In this document: in pieces, positions 37,767 to 46,833 of the stretch
Position numbering within the stretch: the first letter of the stretch is position 1
Layout of the letters: each line of letters begins with the position of its first letter
Assembly: GCA_963806705.1 (NCBI GenBank)
Contig: CAWDZE010000015.1
Coordinates: 141,127 to 205,126, forward strand
Source: Vicinamibacteria bacterium
GTDB lineage: Bacteria; Acidobacteriota; Vicinamibacteria; Vicinamibacterales; JAENWD01
Direction of reading: 5' to 3'
Length of the DNA stretch: 64,000 bases
Notes under the pieces: model-generated
Seen by the model: only the letters and a program-made list of their open reading frames with translations
Database searches by the model: none
Told to the model about the DNA's origin: nothing
Translations under genes and position numbers: made by a program

Positions 37767-38626
37767 CGGACCGGGCTCATGGTGTCGGCGGAGGACGGGT
37801 CGGCGGCTGTCAGCAACGCGCGCTGAATATCCGCCAGGACACGATCGGCCTCGGCGCGGTTGGGATCGGCGACCGGGATGGTGCCGAGCAGGCGAACGGC
37901 GTCGCCGGCATGTCCGGTCTCGAACAGCATTCGTGCCCGGGTCAACGCGACGTCGCTGGCACGCACCGTCGGCAGTGGCTCGGCAGGACTCGCGAGGGCC
38001 GTCTCGGCGGTCGCGTTGGGCACGCCCCAGCGAGCCAGCGGGCCAAGGACGCCGCCGAGCCACAGCGTCCCGGCCACCGCCAGCACGACGGCAGCAGCCC
38101 ATGCGGAAAGGGCCCGGGCGCGACGACGTGGCGGGGCTGGCGACTCGGCGATGGTGGCGGCATCCACCGCCAGCAGTTCCGGCGTGGCCTCGGCCGGCAG
38201 GCTGGCGCTGGAGAGACGATCCAGCCGCCCCAGATATGCCAGCGCAACCTCTGTCGGGGCCCCCTGCTCGACCGCCGCCGTCAGCAGTCGGCGAGCGTCG
38301 ACGACCTGGCCGTCCTCGAAGGCAGCCGTCCCCCGATGCAACAGCTCGTCGGAATGTCGCTGGCGTTCGGCCAGGGCGCTGCGCGCGCGTTCGATGTAGG
38401 CACGTGCCCGGGCATGTCCACGGTCGAGGAACAGCACGCGGGTCCAGACGTGCACCGCCTGCTCGTAGCGCCCGGCGAAGTAGTGATCGAGTCCCGCGAG
38501 AAGTAGCTGCTCGACACGCGCATCGCCATCGCCAACGGCATGTGGGTCGAGGCCGTCGCTCTCGTCGGTGCGTGCGGGATCGGACATCAGATCAGGGAGA
38601 CACTTGGCGCCCCGGTCAAGAGGCAC
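37763..38626 (-). CDS. hypothetical membrane-anchored TPR-like protein
   Basis: LLLAGLDHYFAGRYEQAVHVWTRVLFLDRGHARARAYIERA is TPR-like. A central hydrophobic segment (ALSAWAAAVVLAVAGTLWLGGVL) follows. GTG start at 38626; an alternative start is ATG 38587. Confidence 0.65.
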   Translation of the reverse strand: MPLDRGAKCLPDLMSDPARTDESDGLDPHAVGDGDARVEQLLLAGLDHYFAGRYEQAVHVWTRVLFLDRGHARARAYIERARSALAERQRHSDELLHRGTAAFEDGQVVDARRLLTAAVEQGAPTEVALAYLGRLDRLSSASLPAEATPELLAVDAATIAESPAPPRRRARALSAWAAAVVLAVAGTLWLGGVLGPLARWGVPNATAETALASPAEPLPTVRASDVALTRARMLFETGHAGDAVRLLGTIPVADPNRAEADRVLADIQRALLTAADPSSADTMSPVR

Positions 38627-38747
38627 GGGCCGGATTATAGCGCGGTTCCGGCGTGCCGCGGCTCAGCCAGATGTCAAGTGCCCGGGTGGGTAGACGGCGA
38701 TGGGCCGGACACCGCACGGTGCCGACCCATCGCTCGGGGCCCGCGTG

Positions 38748-41700
38748 CTAGAACTGGTAGTTGACTCCCAGCGTGATGCTCCGGTTGCCCCAGTCGTTCG
38801 TATTCTTCCCGAAGTCGGCGCTGTTCATGTTGCTGACGGGGTTGTCGTACCTGTCCTGATTGAACGCGTTGAGGAAATCGGCGCGCACGCCGATGGTGTG
38901 TGAGCCGCCGAGCCGGAAGCGCTTGGACAGCGACAAATCCCAGTTCACGAAGCCCGGCCCGCGCAGGTTGTTGCGGGGCGCGTTTCCGTTTCCGAGCCCG
39001 TTCGTGAGCGGCAAACTGTTGGTCCCAAGCGTCGTCACGTAGGCCCCGTTGTTGGTAAACGTGCGCAGGTTTCCAGTGACAGGATCGACCGTCAGCGACC
39101 CCGAACCAAGGTTCGGCCGATCGCCGCCCGCGCCGTTGCCGTTGGAGTCGACGCCCGTGAGGATGGAGAACGGTTGTCCCGACTGTGTCTGCATGACGCC
39201 GGAAAACTGCCACTCGCTGAACGCGCCTTTCATGATCACGTTCTGCGCCCAGCCGCCCTGGAACCACGGCACTTCGTAGATCCAGTTCACGACGAGCCGG
39301 TGCGGCCGATCGAACACCGACCGGCTCCACTCGACGCCGAGATTCGCGAAGTCCTGCGGGATTTGCGGCGAGCCTGCGGTAATCGCGCCGACGCCGAGCG
39401 ACTCGTCGCCGTCGCTGTAGGTCTGGCCGTAGGTATACGCGACCCCGTATTGGAGCCCACCCGACCGGCGTTTGTTGAAAGCGACATACACGCTGTGATG
39501 TTCGCTGTTGGCCGTCGCGGCAATCAGCGTACGCGAGCCGTACTGCGGGAACAGGCGTCGCAGCTGCACAGTGGGAATCGACGTCGCGCTCAGCGAGCCC
39601 TGCACCGTCGCGATCTGGTCTGCCGACAGGACGGCATAGTTGGCCTGGTCCTGAGAGACGCCATTACGGCCGAGCGAGCCCGTGTAGCCAACTTCGAAGA
39701 CGTAGGTGCGAGCAAGCTCGCGCTGCCACGACAGACTCCAGTTGTGTGTTTCCGGGCTCTCGGTGTCCTCGGGCGAGTTGACGTACGTCGCTAGCGGGTT
39801 GAACACCGGCGCTCCCGTCACGGGCGCGACATTGGGGTAGAGGTCGAGCGCGTTGTCGACGCGGCCGACCACCACGCGCGGATAGTTGCTGCCGTTGACG
39901 GTGAGGATGTTGTAGAAGAGCACATCGTAGCTCTTCCCGTAGCCGCCGCGAATCGACGAGGTCGTCTCGCCGAACAGCCACTTGGCGAAGCCGCCTGCCG
40001 GGGCAGGGCTCCATGCGAACCCGACGCGCGGCGCGAAGTTGTCGTTGTCGCGCTTGGCGGGACCCGGGACGAGTGCACCGAGTGACTGCGGGTCAGTCGC
40101 CCCGAAGAGCCCGAGTGGCACCGTCGAGTTCTCGTACCGTAATCCCAGGTTCAACGTGAGGGTCGGCGTCGGCCGCCAGTCGTCCTGCAGGAAGTAGAAC
40201 TGGCTCCACTGCGTCGCGGTGAAACTGGCCGTCTGCAGCGCCTGCTGGAAGATCCTCGCGTTGTTGTTCATGTAGTCCTGCAGGCTGTCAAACGTGAACG
40301 TGCCTTTGCTGTCGAACGCCGCGACGTTCTCGAGATCGATGTACCGAACATCGGCGCCAGCCTTGAACGAGTGACGTCCCTTCTGGAACGTCAGCACGTC
40401 CATGAACTGGTAGCTGTCCTGCACGCGGCCCTGCGGGAAGTTGGCGAGCCCCCCTATGGTGAAACTGGTCAGACCGCCGACACCGGCGGTCGGCGAGTCG
40501 GGATCGTTCTCAGGAAACTGCAAATCGCGGTTGATCCAGGAGAACCGCGCCTCGTTCAGCGTCGTCGTGCCAAGCACCTTCGTGTGGCTGGCATAGAGGT
40601 TCTGGTCGACGATCGTCTGAGCAGCGGCAAACATCGACCCGAAGAATGTGTTGCTCGCCGCATTCGTGCTGTCTGGCGTGTTCCGGATGTACCGCGCCGT
40701 CAGGTTGTCGCGATCCCCCAATGCCAGGTCACCGCGCGCGATGGAGTACCAGGATTTGACGGGCGTCTCACGCGTGATGTTGGCCAGCGCTGTCGGGATG
40801 GACACGCCGTTGACGGTCTGGTTTTGCTCGGAGCGAAGCGTCGGGTTCAGAGCATAGACATCCTGCAGGAAGCTGAGCCGCTGCAGCACATCCTGGCGGC
40901 TGGCCGCCGATTGCCCCGGCCGAAGGGGCACGTTCTCGAGCGCCGCCAACCCGGCCGGCGTCGGGACGCGCACGTCGCCACCGAGTGTCTCCTGATCGTT
41001 GTTGTCGCGCTGGAACAGCCCGTAGAAAAACGCGCGGTTCTTCACGATCGGTCCGCCGACTCCGGCGCCGAACTGATGCCGCGTGGACGGCGTAGGTTCG
41101 GTCTTGTTGGCCGCCTTCTCGATGTTGTCGCGCGCGTTGAGGTCGCTGTCGCGGTAGTACTCGAACACGTTGCCGTGGAACTGGTTGGAGCCGCCCTTGG
41201 TCACGACGTTGATCTGCGCACCGGAGTTGCGGCCGTACTCGACGTTGAACGGGTTGGTCTGCACCACGACTTCGTTGACCGATTCGGCCACGACCGGCAC
41301 CGTCTGAAGGGTGACGCTGATGTCGTTGTTGTCCGTGCCGTCGATCATGAAGTTGTTGTTGCGCGCGCGGTTGCCGTTGGCGGCCATCTCGGTCGACCCG
41401 GGAGCACTCGAGACGCTGGGTGCAAGAAGAGCAAGACTGGTCACGTTGCGGGCGGCGCCCAGCGGCAGTTCAGTCGCCTGACGATTCGAGAACGTCTGGC
41501 CGACCGACCCGTTGGTCTTGTTGAGCGTGAGGGCGTCGGTGACCGCAGTGACGTCCACCGATTCTGTGAGCGCGCCCAGCTCGAGGGCGCCGTCGAAGGT
41601 CGTCTCACCGGTCGTGCCAACCGGCACCTCGCGGTTCTCGACGGCCTTGAACCCCTGAAGTTCGAACTTCACTGTGTAGCTGCCCGGGTCGAGTGCCGCC

Positions 41701-41915
41701 ACCCGGTAGAACCCGCTGCCGTCGGAGACGGCCGACCGAACTAGTCCGGTTGCGTTGTTGGTCACGATGACGGTGACCCCGGGCAGAATGCCGCCCGTGG
41801 TGTCCCGCACGGTGCCGGAGATCGTGCCGCGCGAGAGTTGCGCGGCTGCCGGTATCGCAAACGCAAGCATGACCGCCGCGAGGATCGCGGCGCATCGGCG
41901 GCTGAACGCCATCAT
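38748..41915 (-). CDS. TonB-dependent receptor with N-terminal carboxypeptidase-regulatory-like domain (Oar-like)
   Basis: Signal peptide MMAFSRRCAAILAAVMLAFAIPAAAQ, then GTISGTVRDTTGGILPGVTVIVTNNATG...DGSGFYRVAALDPGSYTV (CarboxypepD_reg). The barrel ends in the aromatic terminal motif LGVNYQF. GGAGGA lies 6 nt upstream of ATG 41915. Confidence 0.9.
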   Translation of the reverse strand: MMAFSRRCAAILAAVMLAFAIPAAAQLSRGTISGTVRDTTGGILPGVTVIVTNNATGLVRSAVSDGSGFYRVAALDPGSYTVKFELQGFKAVENREVPVGTTGETTFDGALELGALTESVDVTAVTDALTLNKTNGSVGQTFSNRQATELPLGAARNVTSLALLAPSVSSAPGSTEMAANGNRARNNNFMIDGTDNNDISVTLQTVPVVAESVNEVVVQTNPFNVEYGRNSGAQINVVTKGGSNQFHGNVFEYYRDSDLNARDNIEKAANKTEPTPSTRHQFGAGVGGPIVKNRAFFYGLFQRDNNDQETLGGDVRVPTPAGLAALENVPLRPGQSAASRQDVLQRLSFLQDVYALNPTLRSEQNQTVNGVSIPTALANITRETPVKSWYSIARGDLALGDRDNLTARYIRNTPDSTNAASNTFFGSMFAAAQTIVDQNLYASHTKVLGTTTLNEARFSWINRDLQFPENDPDSPTAGVGGLTSFTIGGLANFPQGRVQDSYQFMDVLTFQKGRHSFKAGADVRYIDLENVAAFDSKGTFTFDSLQDYMNNNARIFQQALQTASFTATQWSQFYFLQDDWRPTPTLTLNLGLRYENSTVPLGLFGATDPQSLGALVPGPAKRDNDNFAPRVGFAWSPAPAGGFAKWLFGETTSSIRGGYGKSYDVLFYNILTVNGSNYPRVVVGRVDNALDLYPNVAPVTGAPVFNPLATYVNSPEDTESPETHNWSLSWQRELARTYVFEVGYTGSLGRNGVSQDQANYAVLSADQIATVQGSLSATSIPTVQLRRLFPQYGSRTLIAATANSEHHSVYVAFNKRRSGGLQYGVAYTYGQTYSDGDESLGVGAITAGSPQIPQDFANLGVEWSRSVFDRPHRLVVNWIYEVPWFQGGWAQNVIMKGAFSEWQFSGVMQTQSGQPFSILTGVDSNGNGAGGDRPNLGSGSLTVDPVTGNLRTFTNNGAYVTTLGTNSLPLTNGLGNGNAPRNNLRGPGFVNWDLSLSKRFRLGGSHTIGVRADFLNAFNQDRYDNPVSNMNSADFGKNTNDWGNRSITLGVNYQF

Positions 41916-41996
41916 GGTTTTCCTCCTCGTGCAGGCGACAAGAGGGACAAACAGCGGGCTGGTGGGGGCCAGTCGCGGGAAGACGCCCGCCAATGG

Positions 41997-42012
41997 TGCA
42001 ATCGCCGGGCCA
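41997..42012 (-). promoter_or_regulatory. candidate sigma-54 (-24/-12) promoter for the TonB-dependent receptor
   Basis: The minus strand reads cTGGCCCGGCGATTGCAc, one mismatch to TGGCACG-N4-TTGCA with exact GG/GC spacing. The predicted start site leaves a leader of about 70 nt before ATG 41915. Confidence 0.5.
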
Positions 42013-42181
42013 GGAGTCGACAGCCAGCTCAGGGATGGAATCCTCCTAATTCAGGGCCAGTGTCGTGGGCTCAGTGACGAGTGACGCCGGCCGAGCGCGA
42101 GGCTGGTTGGGCGGGCTCGCCGGATTTTCGGACCCCTCGGCCAAGTATTTGAATCGAACGCGCTGTGGTAAAAAGTGCGCC

Positions 42182-43081
42182 ATGGCGATAGTCGAGTCGA
42201 TTCCCAACATCAGCGAAGGCCGCCGGGCCAACCTCATCGATGCCATCGCCACAGCAGTCGCCGCGACGCCGGGCGTCCGCCTGCTCGATCGGTCCTCGGA
42301 TGCGTCGCACAACAGGACCGTGCTCACGCTGGCCGGCCCGCCGGCGGCGGTGCGGGAAGCGACGCTGACGCTCTACGCGCAGGCACTCGACGCCATCGAT
42401 CTGCGCCAGCACCGCGGCGAGCATCCGCGCCTCGGGGCGGTGGACGTCGTGCCGTTCGTGCCTATTGAAGGGATCACGATGGCCGATTGCGTGTCCTTTG
42501 CCCAGGAGGTCGCCGCTGAGGTTGGCGCACGCTTCGAGTTGCCCGTGTACCTCTACGAGGAGGCTGCCATCGATCCCGCGCGCCGCAACCTCGAAGACAT
42601 CCGCCGCGGCGAATTCGAGGGGCTGGCGGAGAAGATGACACGGCCGGGGTGGGCGCCCGATGCCGGGCCGGCATCGCCGCACCCCAGCGCCGGCGCGACC
42701 GTCATCGGCGCACGGATGCCGCTCATCGCCTACAACATCAACCTGGCCAGCGACCGCCTCGACGTCGCCAGGAAGATAGCCGCGGCCGTGCGCCACAGCA
42801 GCGGCGGGCTCCGCTACGTGAAGGCCATGGGCGTGATGCTCGAGGACCGGCGAGTCGCGCAGGTGTCGATGAACCTGACCAACTACGAGAAGACTCCGCT
42901 GCCCCGCGTGTTCGAGTTCGTCAAGCGCGAGGCGGCGCGATACGGCGTCGGGATTCTCGAAAGCGAGATCGTCGGCCTGGTGCCGCAGGCGGCGCTGCTG
43001 TCAGCCGCGGAGTACTACCTGCAGATCGAAGGGTTCAGGCCGTCGCTGGTTCTGGAGAACCGCCTGAGGGACGGCGGTTAG
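42182..43081 (+). CDS. ftcD: glutamate formimidoyltransferase
   Basis: MAIVESIPNISEGRRANLIDAI..., HNRTVLTLAG, HPRLGAVDVVPFVP and YLYEEAA are formiminotransferase N- and C-subdomain motifs. Start at ATG 42182. Confidence 0.88.
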   Translation: MAIVESIPNISEGRRANLIDAIATAVAATPGVRLLDRSSDASHNRTVLTLAGPPAAVREATLTLYAQALDAIDLRQHRGEHPRLGAVDVVPFVPIEGITMADCVSFAQEVAAEVGARFELPVYLYEEAAIDPARRNLEDIRRGEFEGLAEKMTRPGWAPDAGPASPHPSAGATVIGARMPLIAYNINLASDRLDVARKIAAAVRHSSGGLRYVKAMGVMLEDRRVAQVSMNLTNYEKTPLPRVFEFVKREAARYGVGILESEIVGLVPQAALLSAAEYYLQIEGFRPSLVLENRLRDGG

Positions 43082-43085
43082 GCCA

Positions 43086-44489
43086 TCACTCGTAGCTGTT
43101 GACCTCGGGTTCTTCGGCCTTGCGTCCAGGGGCGATGCCGAACGCACGCATCTTGCGATAGAGGTTGCTGCGCTCGACGCCGAGCACCTCGGCAGTGCGC
43201 GACATGTTGCCATGCTGCTCGGCCAGGGCGCGCAGGATGTAATCGCGCTCGAACCGGTCGCGCGCGTCGTGCAGCAGCAACAGCGGGCCGTTGTCGGCGG
43301 CGGGCGCGGCCTCGGCGGTCGCAGCGCCGCGATCCAGAAATGCCAGGTCGCCGGCGGTGATCATGTCGCCAGGGGCCATGATGAAGAGCCGCTCGATCAA
43401 GTTGCGCAGTTCGCGTACGTTGCCCGGCCAGGCATACCGCTGCAGCAACTCCACCGCATCGCCTGCAAAGCCTTTCGGACGCCGGCCGTACTCCCTGGCA
43501 AAGCCCGTCATGAAGAACTCCGCGAGCACGGCGATGTCCTCCTGACGTTCCCTGAGCGGTGGCACGAAGATAGGAATCACCGCGAGCCGGAAGTAGAGGT
43601 CCTCGCGGAATTCCCCGCTGCGGATGGCCGTCGGCAGGTCCTTGTTGGTCGCGGCAATCACGCGCGCGTCTACCTTGATCCGCTGTGTGCTGCCCACCGG
43701 CTCGACCACCTGCTCCTGCAGCGCACGCAGGACCTTCGCCTGCGTCTTGAGGCTCATGTCGCCGATCTCATCGAGGAAGATCGTGCCGCCGTCGGCGGCC
43801 TCGAACTTGCCGCGACGGTCCGAGACGGCGCCGGTGAACGCACCGCGGACGTGACCGAAGAGCTCGGACTCGATCAACTCCTCCGGAATCGCGGCGCAGT
43901 TGACTTCGATGAACGGACCGGTGTGGCGGCGGCTGAGCGCGTGCACCGTGCGCGCGACCAGTTCCTTGCCCGTGCCGTTCTCGCCAAACACCAGCACGCG
44001 GCCGTTGGTTGGCGCCGCCATGGCGATCTGCTCGCGCAACTGCGCCATCGTCACGCTCTCGCCGACCATCGTCAGGCGGCGATCCACGCGGGCGCGCAGG
44101 TCGCGGTTCTCGGCCTCGAGTATCCGCTGCCGCAAGGCATTGCGGACTACAAGCACGGTCTTCTCAAGCGACAGCGGCTTTTCGACGAAGTCGAAGGCGC
44201 CCATCTTGATCGCGCGCACGGCCGACTCGATGTTGCCGTGCCCCGAGATGAGCACCACCTGGGCGTCGACCTGCCGCTCGCGCAGCTTGCCCAGCGTGAC
44301 CAGGCCGTCCATCCCCGGCAGCCACACGTCGAGCAGGATGACGTCGGGCGCATTCCGTGTGGCGCGATCGAGGCACTCCTCGCCGCTCGAGACGGTGTCG
44401 ACGTCGTAGCCTTCGTCGCGCAGCACGCCGCCGAGCGCGCTGCGGACGCCGGGTTCGTCGTCGACGATGAGGATTCGGGAGCGGGACAT
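43086..44489 (-). CDS. sigma-54-dependent response regulator (NtrC/NtrX family: REC + AAA+ + Fis-type HTH)
   Basis: ILIVDDEPGVR..DVILLDVWLPGMDG (receiver), GENGTGKELVA (Walker A), the GAFTGA sigma-54 contact loop (HVRGAFTGAV), and the C-terminal HGNMSRTAEVLGVERSNLYRKM HTH. Confidence 0.92.
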   Translation of the reverse strand: MSRSRILIVDDEPGVRSALGGVLRDEGYDVDTVSSGEECLDRATRNAPDVILLDVWLPGMDGLVTLGKLRERQVDAQVVLISGHGNIESAVRAIKMGAFDFVEKPLSLEKTVLVVRNALRQRILEAENRDLRARVDRRLTMVGESVTMAQLREQIAMAAPTNGRVLVFGENGTGKELVARTVHALSRRHTGPFIEVNCAAIPEELIESELFGHVRGAFTGAVSDRRGKFEAADGGTIFLDEIGDMSLKTQAKVLRALQEQVVEPVGSTQRIKVDARVIAATNKDLPTAIRSGEFREDLYFRLAVIPIFVPPLRERQEDIAVLAEFFMTGFAREYGRRPKGFAGDAVELLQRYAWPGNVRELRNLIERLFIMAPGDMITAGDLAFLDRGAATAEAAPAADNGPLLLLHDARDRFERDYILRALAEQHGNMSRTAEVLGVERSNLYRKMRAFGIAPGRKAEEPEVNSYE

Positions 44490-46729
44490 CAGGCTGGCAG
44501 CTCAATGGTAAACCGTGTGCCCCGCGGCGTGTTGTCGCCGACGTCGATTGCCCCCCCGTGCTCGGCGATGATGCGGCGCACGATCGCCAGGCCGAGGCCG
44601 CTGCCCCGGCGCTTGGTCGAGAAATACGGCAGAAACAGCTTGTCGCGATCGCCGATCGGAATCCCCGGCCCGTCGTCGGCTATGACGATGCGAACCAGGT
44701 TGTCGGCGGCCGACAGGCTCGTCTCGACCGTGATGTTGCCGCGCCGTTCCATCGCTTCGACGGCATTGTCGATCAGATTGATGACCACCCGCCGGATCTG
44801 CTCCGGGTCCATCCGGACCAGCGGCAGGTCGGCGGCATACCGCCGCTCGATGAGCACTTCGGCAAACAGGCCGTTGTAGAGCGCCAGCGTGTCGTCGAGC
44901 AGCGGGTGGAGCGGCGTCGGCACCGCCTTGGGCGCCGGCATCCGAGCAAACTGCGAGAACTCGTCCACCAGGCCCTTGAGCGACTCGACCTCGGCGACGA
45001 TGGTCGATGTGCACTCGTCGACAAAGGCCAGCGTCGGCGCCGGGGCGCCGGCGAAGTGCCGCCGAAGCCGTTCTGCCGACAACTGGATCGGCGTCAACGG
45101 GTTCTTGATCTCGTGCGCGAGGCGGCGCGCCACTTCTCGCCAGGCGGCCACCTTCTGCGACCGGATGAGGGGCGTCACGTCGTCGAAGACGAGCACGCGG
45201 CCCTGCGCAGCGGCGCCCTCGCCCGGCAGCGGCGACGCGACCACGGCCAGATGAAGATCGCGCCCCTCGCGCAGCAGCGCCACCTCCTGTGCCGGCGTCG
45301 CTCCGGCGGGCCTTCCAGCCGAATCCAGCACGGCGGCCAGCGGCGCGAGTTCGTCGCGTGCGAGCAGATCCGAGGCGCGCTGTCCTACCGCGTCGGGCCC
45401 CAGACCCAGCAGCCGCCCCGCCGCCGCGTTGACGGTGGCCACCGCGCCATCGGCGTCAACCGTGACGACGCCCGTGGCAATGCGTTCGAGGATCGTCTCG
45501 ATGTACCGCCGGCGGCCTTCGGCTTCCTGCGTCTTGCGCTCGAGGTCGATTGCCGAGCGCTCCAGCTTGCGACGGCTTCCCGCCAGTTCCTCCGCCATGC
45601 TGTTGAACGCTTCGACCAGCGCCCCGAACTCGTCCTCGGTCTCGCGTTCCACGCGATGATCCAGATGGCCGGCGCCGATCTCCCGCGCCGCCGCCGACAG
45701 CATCTGTACCGGGCGTGTGATGCGCTTGGCCAGATACAGTCCCATCCAGGTGGCGCCCACGAGAATCAGCAGCGTCACCATCAGGAAGAACGACACGTAG
45801 ACGCCAAACAGCGGCGTCTTGAGCACTCTGAGCTGGCGGTAGTCCTCGTATGCCGCGGTCATGCGGCGCGACCGCGCGGCCAGGTCGCCGGTGAGATAGT
45901 CGCTGGCCACCACCGCCCCCGTGACGCGTCCCGCGCTGTTGCGCACTGCGGCGGCCGCGCGAATCAGCTCGCCGCCAGATCCAAGCGCCTCGAGCAGGTA
46001 CGGATCGCCGCTGCCCGCGACAACGCGCGCGGCCAGGCGTTCGGCGCTGGCCCGCGAAGCGCCCGGCGGCAGGCTTGGCGAGACGACGTCGAGGACAGGG
46101 GTGACGCCGGGGGCGCCGGCGGCCGCGGTGATGCGGAACACCTCGATCTGCTTGATTCGGCCCGCGGTGACGTCTGGGGCCACGACCTGCTGCACCGTCG
46201 CCGGGTCGGCGCGCGCCAGGTCGAGTGCGCCAAGCAGGGTTGCCATGCGGCCTGCCTGTTCGAGCGCCAGGCGCTGTCGCTCGGCATAGTAGTCGCCGGC
46301 GATCCGGTTGGCCGACGACAGCACTTCGTCCATCGGCGCGTTGAACCAGCGATCGGTGCTGTTGCGAATCAGTTCGCTGCCCACCAGCAGCACCAGGATG
46401 GACGGGATGAGCGTCATCCCGAGCAGGACGGCCACCAGCTTGGCGCGGAAGCGCGCAAACGGCAGGGCGCGGCGCCGCTCGACGATCAACTTGATGACGT
46501 TGCGCGCCAGGACGAAGACCAGCGCGACCAGCATCGTCAGGTCCGCGATCGACAGCGCGTAGAGCCCGACTTCGGTGAGGAAGTCGGGCGACAGCCTTGC
46601 GGTCCGGCGCGCGAGAGTGACCAGCGCCACCAGCGCGACGACCAGCAGGAAAATGCCAGCCAGCAGCAGCCGCGGGTTGTCACGGATGGGGCGGCGGTTG
46701 GTGCGCCGAGTGTCAGTGCCGGGTGCCAT
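44489..46729 (-). CDS. membrane sensor histidine kinase (NtrY-like: multi-TM, HAMP, PAS, HisKA, HATPase)
   Basis: N-terminal TM helices, a HAMP-like segment (TRPVQMLSAAAREIGAGHLDHRVE), the H-box RRLAHEIKNPLTPIQLSAE, the N-box VVINLIDNAVEAM, and the G-boxes DDGPGI and GSGLGLAIV. One-nt overlap (TGATG) with the regulator gene. Confidence 0.9.
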   Translation of the reverse strand: MAPGTDTRRTNRRPIRDNPRLLLAGIFLLVVALVALVTLARRTARLSPDFLTEVGLYALSIADLTMLVALVFVLARNVIKLIVERRRALPFARFRAKLVAVLLGMTLIPSILVLLVGSELIRNSTDRWFNAPMDEVLSSANRIAGDYYAERQRLALEQAGRMATLLGALDLARADPATVQQVVAPDVTAGRIKQIEVFRITAAAGAPGVTPVLDVVSPSLPPGASRASAERLAARVVAGSGDPYLLEALGSGGELIRAAAAVRNSAGRVTGAVVASDYLTGDLAARSRRMTAAYEDYRQLRVLKTPLFGVYVSFFLMVTLLILVGATWMGLYLAKRITRPVQMLSAAAREIGAGHLDHRVERETEDEFGALVEAFNSMAEELAGSRRKLERSAIDLERKTQEAEGRRRYIETILERIATGVVTVDADGAVATVNAAAGRLLGLGPDAVGQRASDLLARDELAPLAAVLDSAGRPAGATPAQEVALLREGRDLHLAVVASPLPGEGAAAQGRVLVFDDVTPLIRSQKVAAWREVARRLAHEIKNPLTPIQLSAERLRRHFAGAPAPTLAFVDECTSTIVAEVESLKGLVDEFSQFARMPAPKAVPTPLHPLLDDTLALYNGLFAEVLIERRYAADLPLVRMDPEQIRRVVINLIDNAVEAMERRGNITVETSLSAADNLVRIVIADDGPGIPIGDRDKLFLPYFSTKRRGSGLGLAIVRRIIAEHGGAIDVGDNTPRGTRFTIELPA

Positions 46730-46762
46730 GTGCCAGGTGCCGTGCCGGGTGCCTTAGGTGCC
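46716..46762. repeat. array of seven GTGCC (minus strand GGCAC) motifs, mostly at 7-nt spacing
   Basis: GTGCC starts at 46716, 46723, 46730, 46737, 46742, 46749 and 46758. The array spans the kinase start codon (46727..46729) and the 33 nt upstream of it. Confidence 0.8.
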
Positions 46763-46833
46763 GCGCGCGAATGCAGGCGCCCGGTGCCCGACGATGCACG
46801 GAGCACGTGGCACGCGGCATGGGCGGATGCCCT

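Noticed and set aside
38697-38733. GC-rich imperfect hairpin (GCGATGGG...CCCATCGC with inner pairs), 14 nt downstream of the TonB-dependent receptor stop, as an intrinsic terminator.
   Set aside because: No U-tract follows it on the transcribed strand. It may still act as a stabiliser or factor-dependent terminator, but the sequence alone does not support the call.
46730-46800. GGCAC/TGGCAC strings upstream of the sensor kinase as a sigma-54 promoter.
   Set aside because: CTGGCACATGGCACCC has no GC dinucleotide at the -12 register. The best alternative, GGGCACCGGGCGCCTGCAT, has the GC two nt too far from the GG. It is retained only as a repeat observation.
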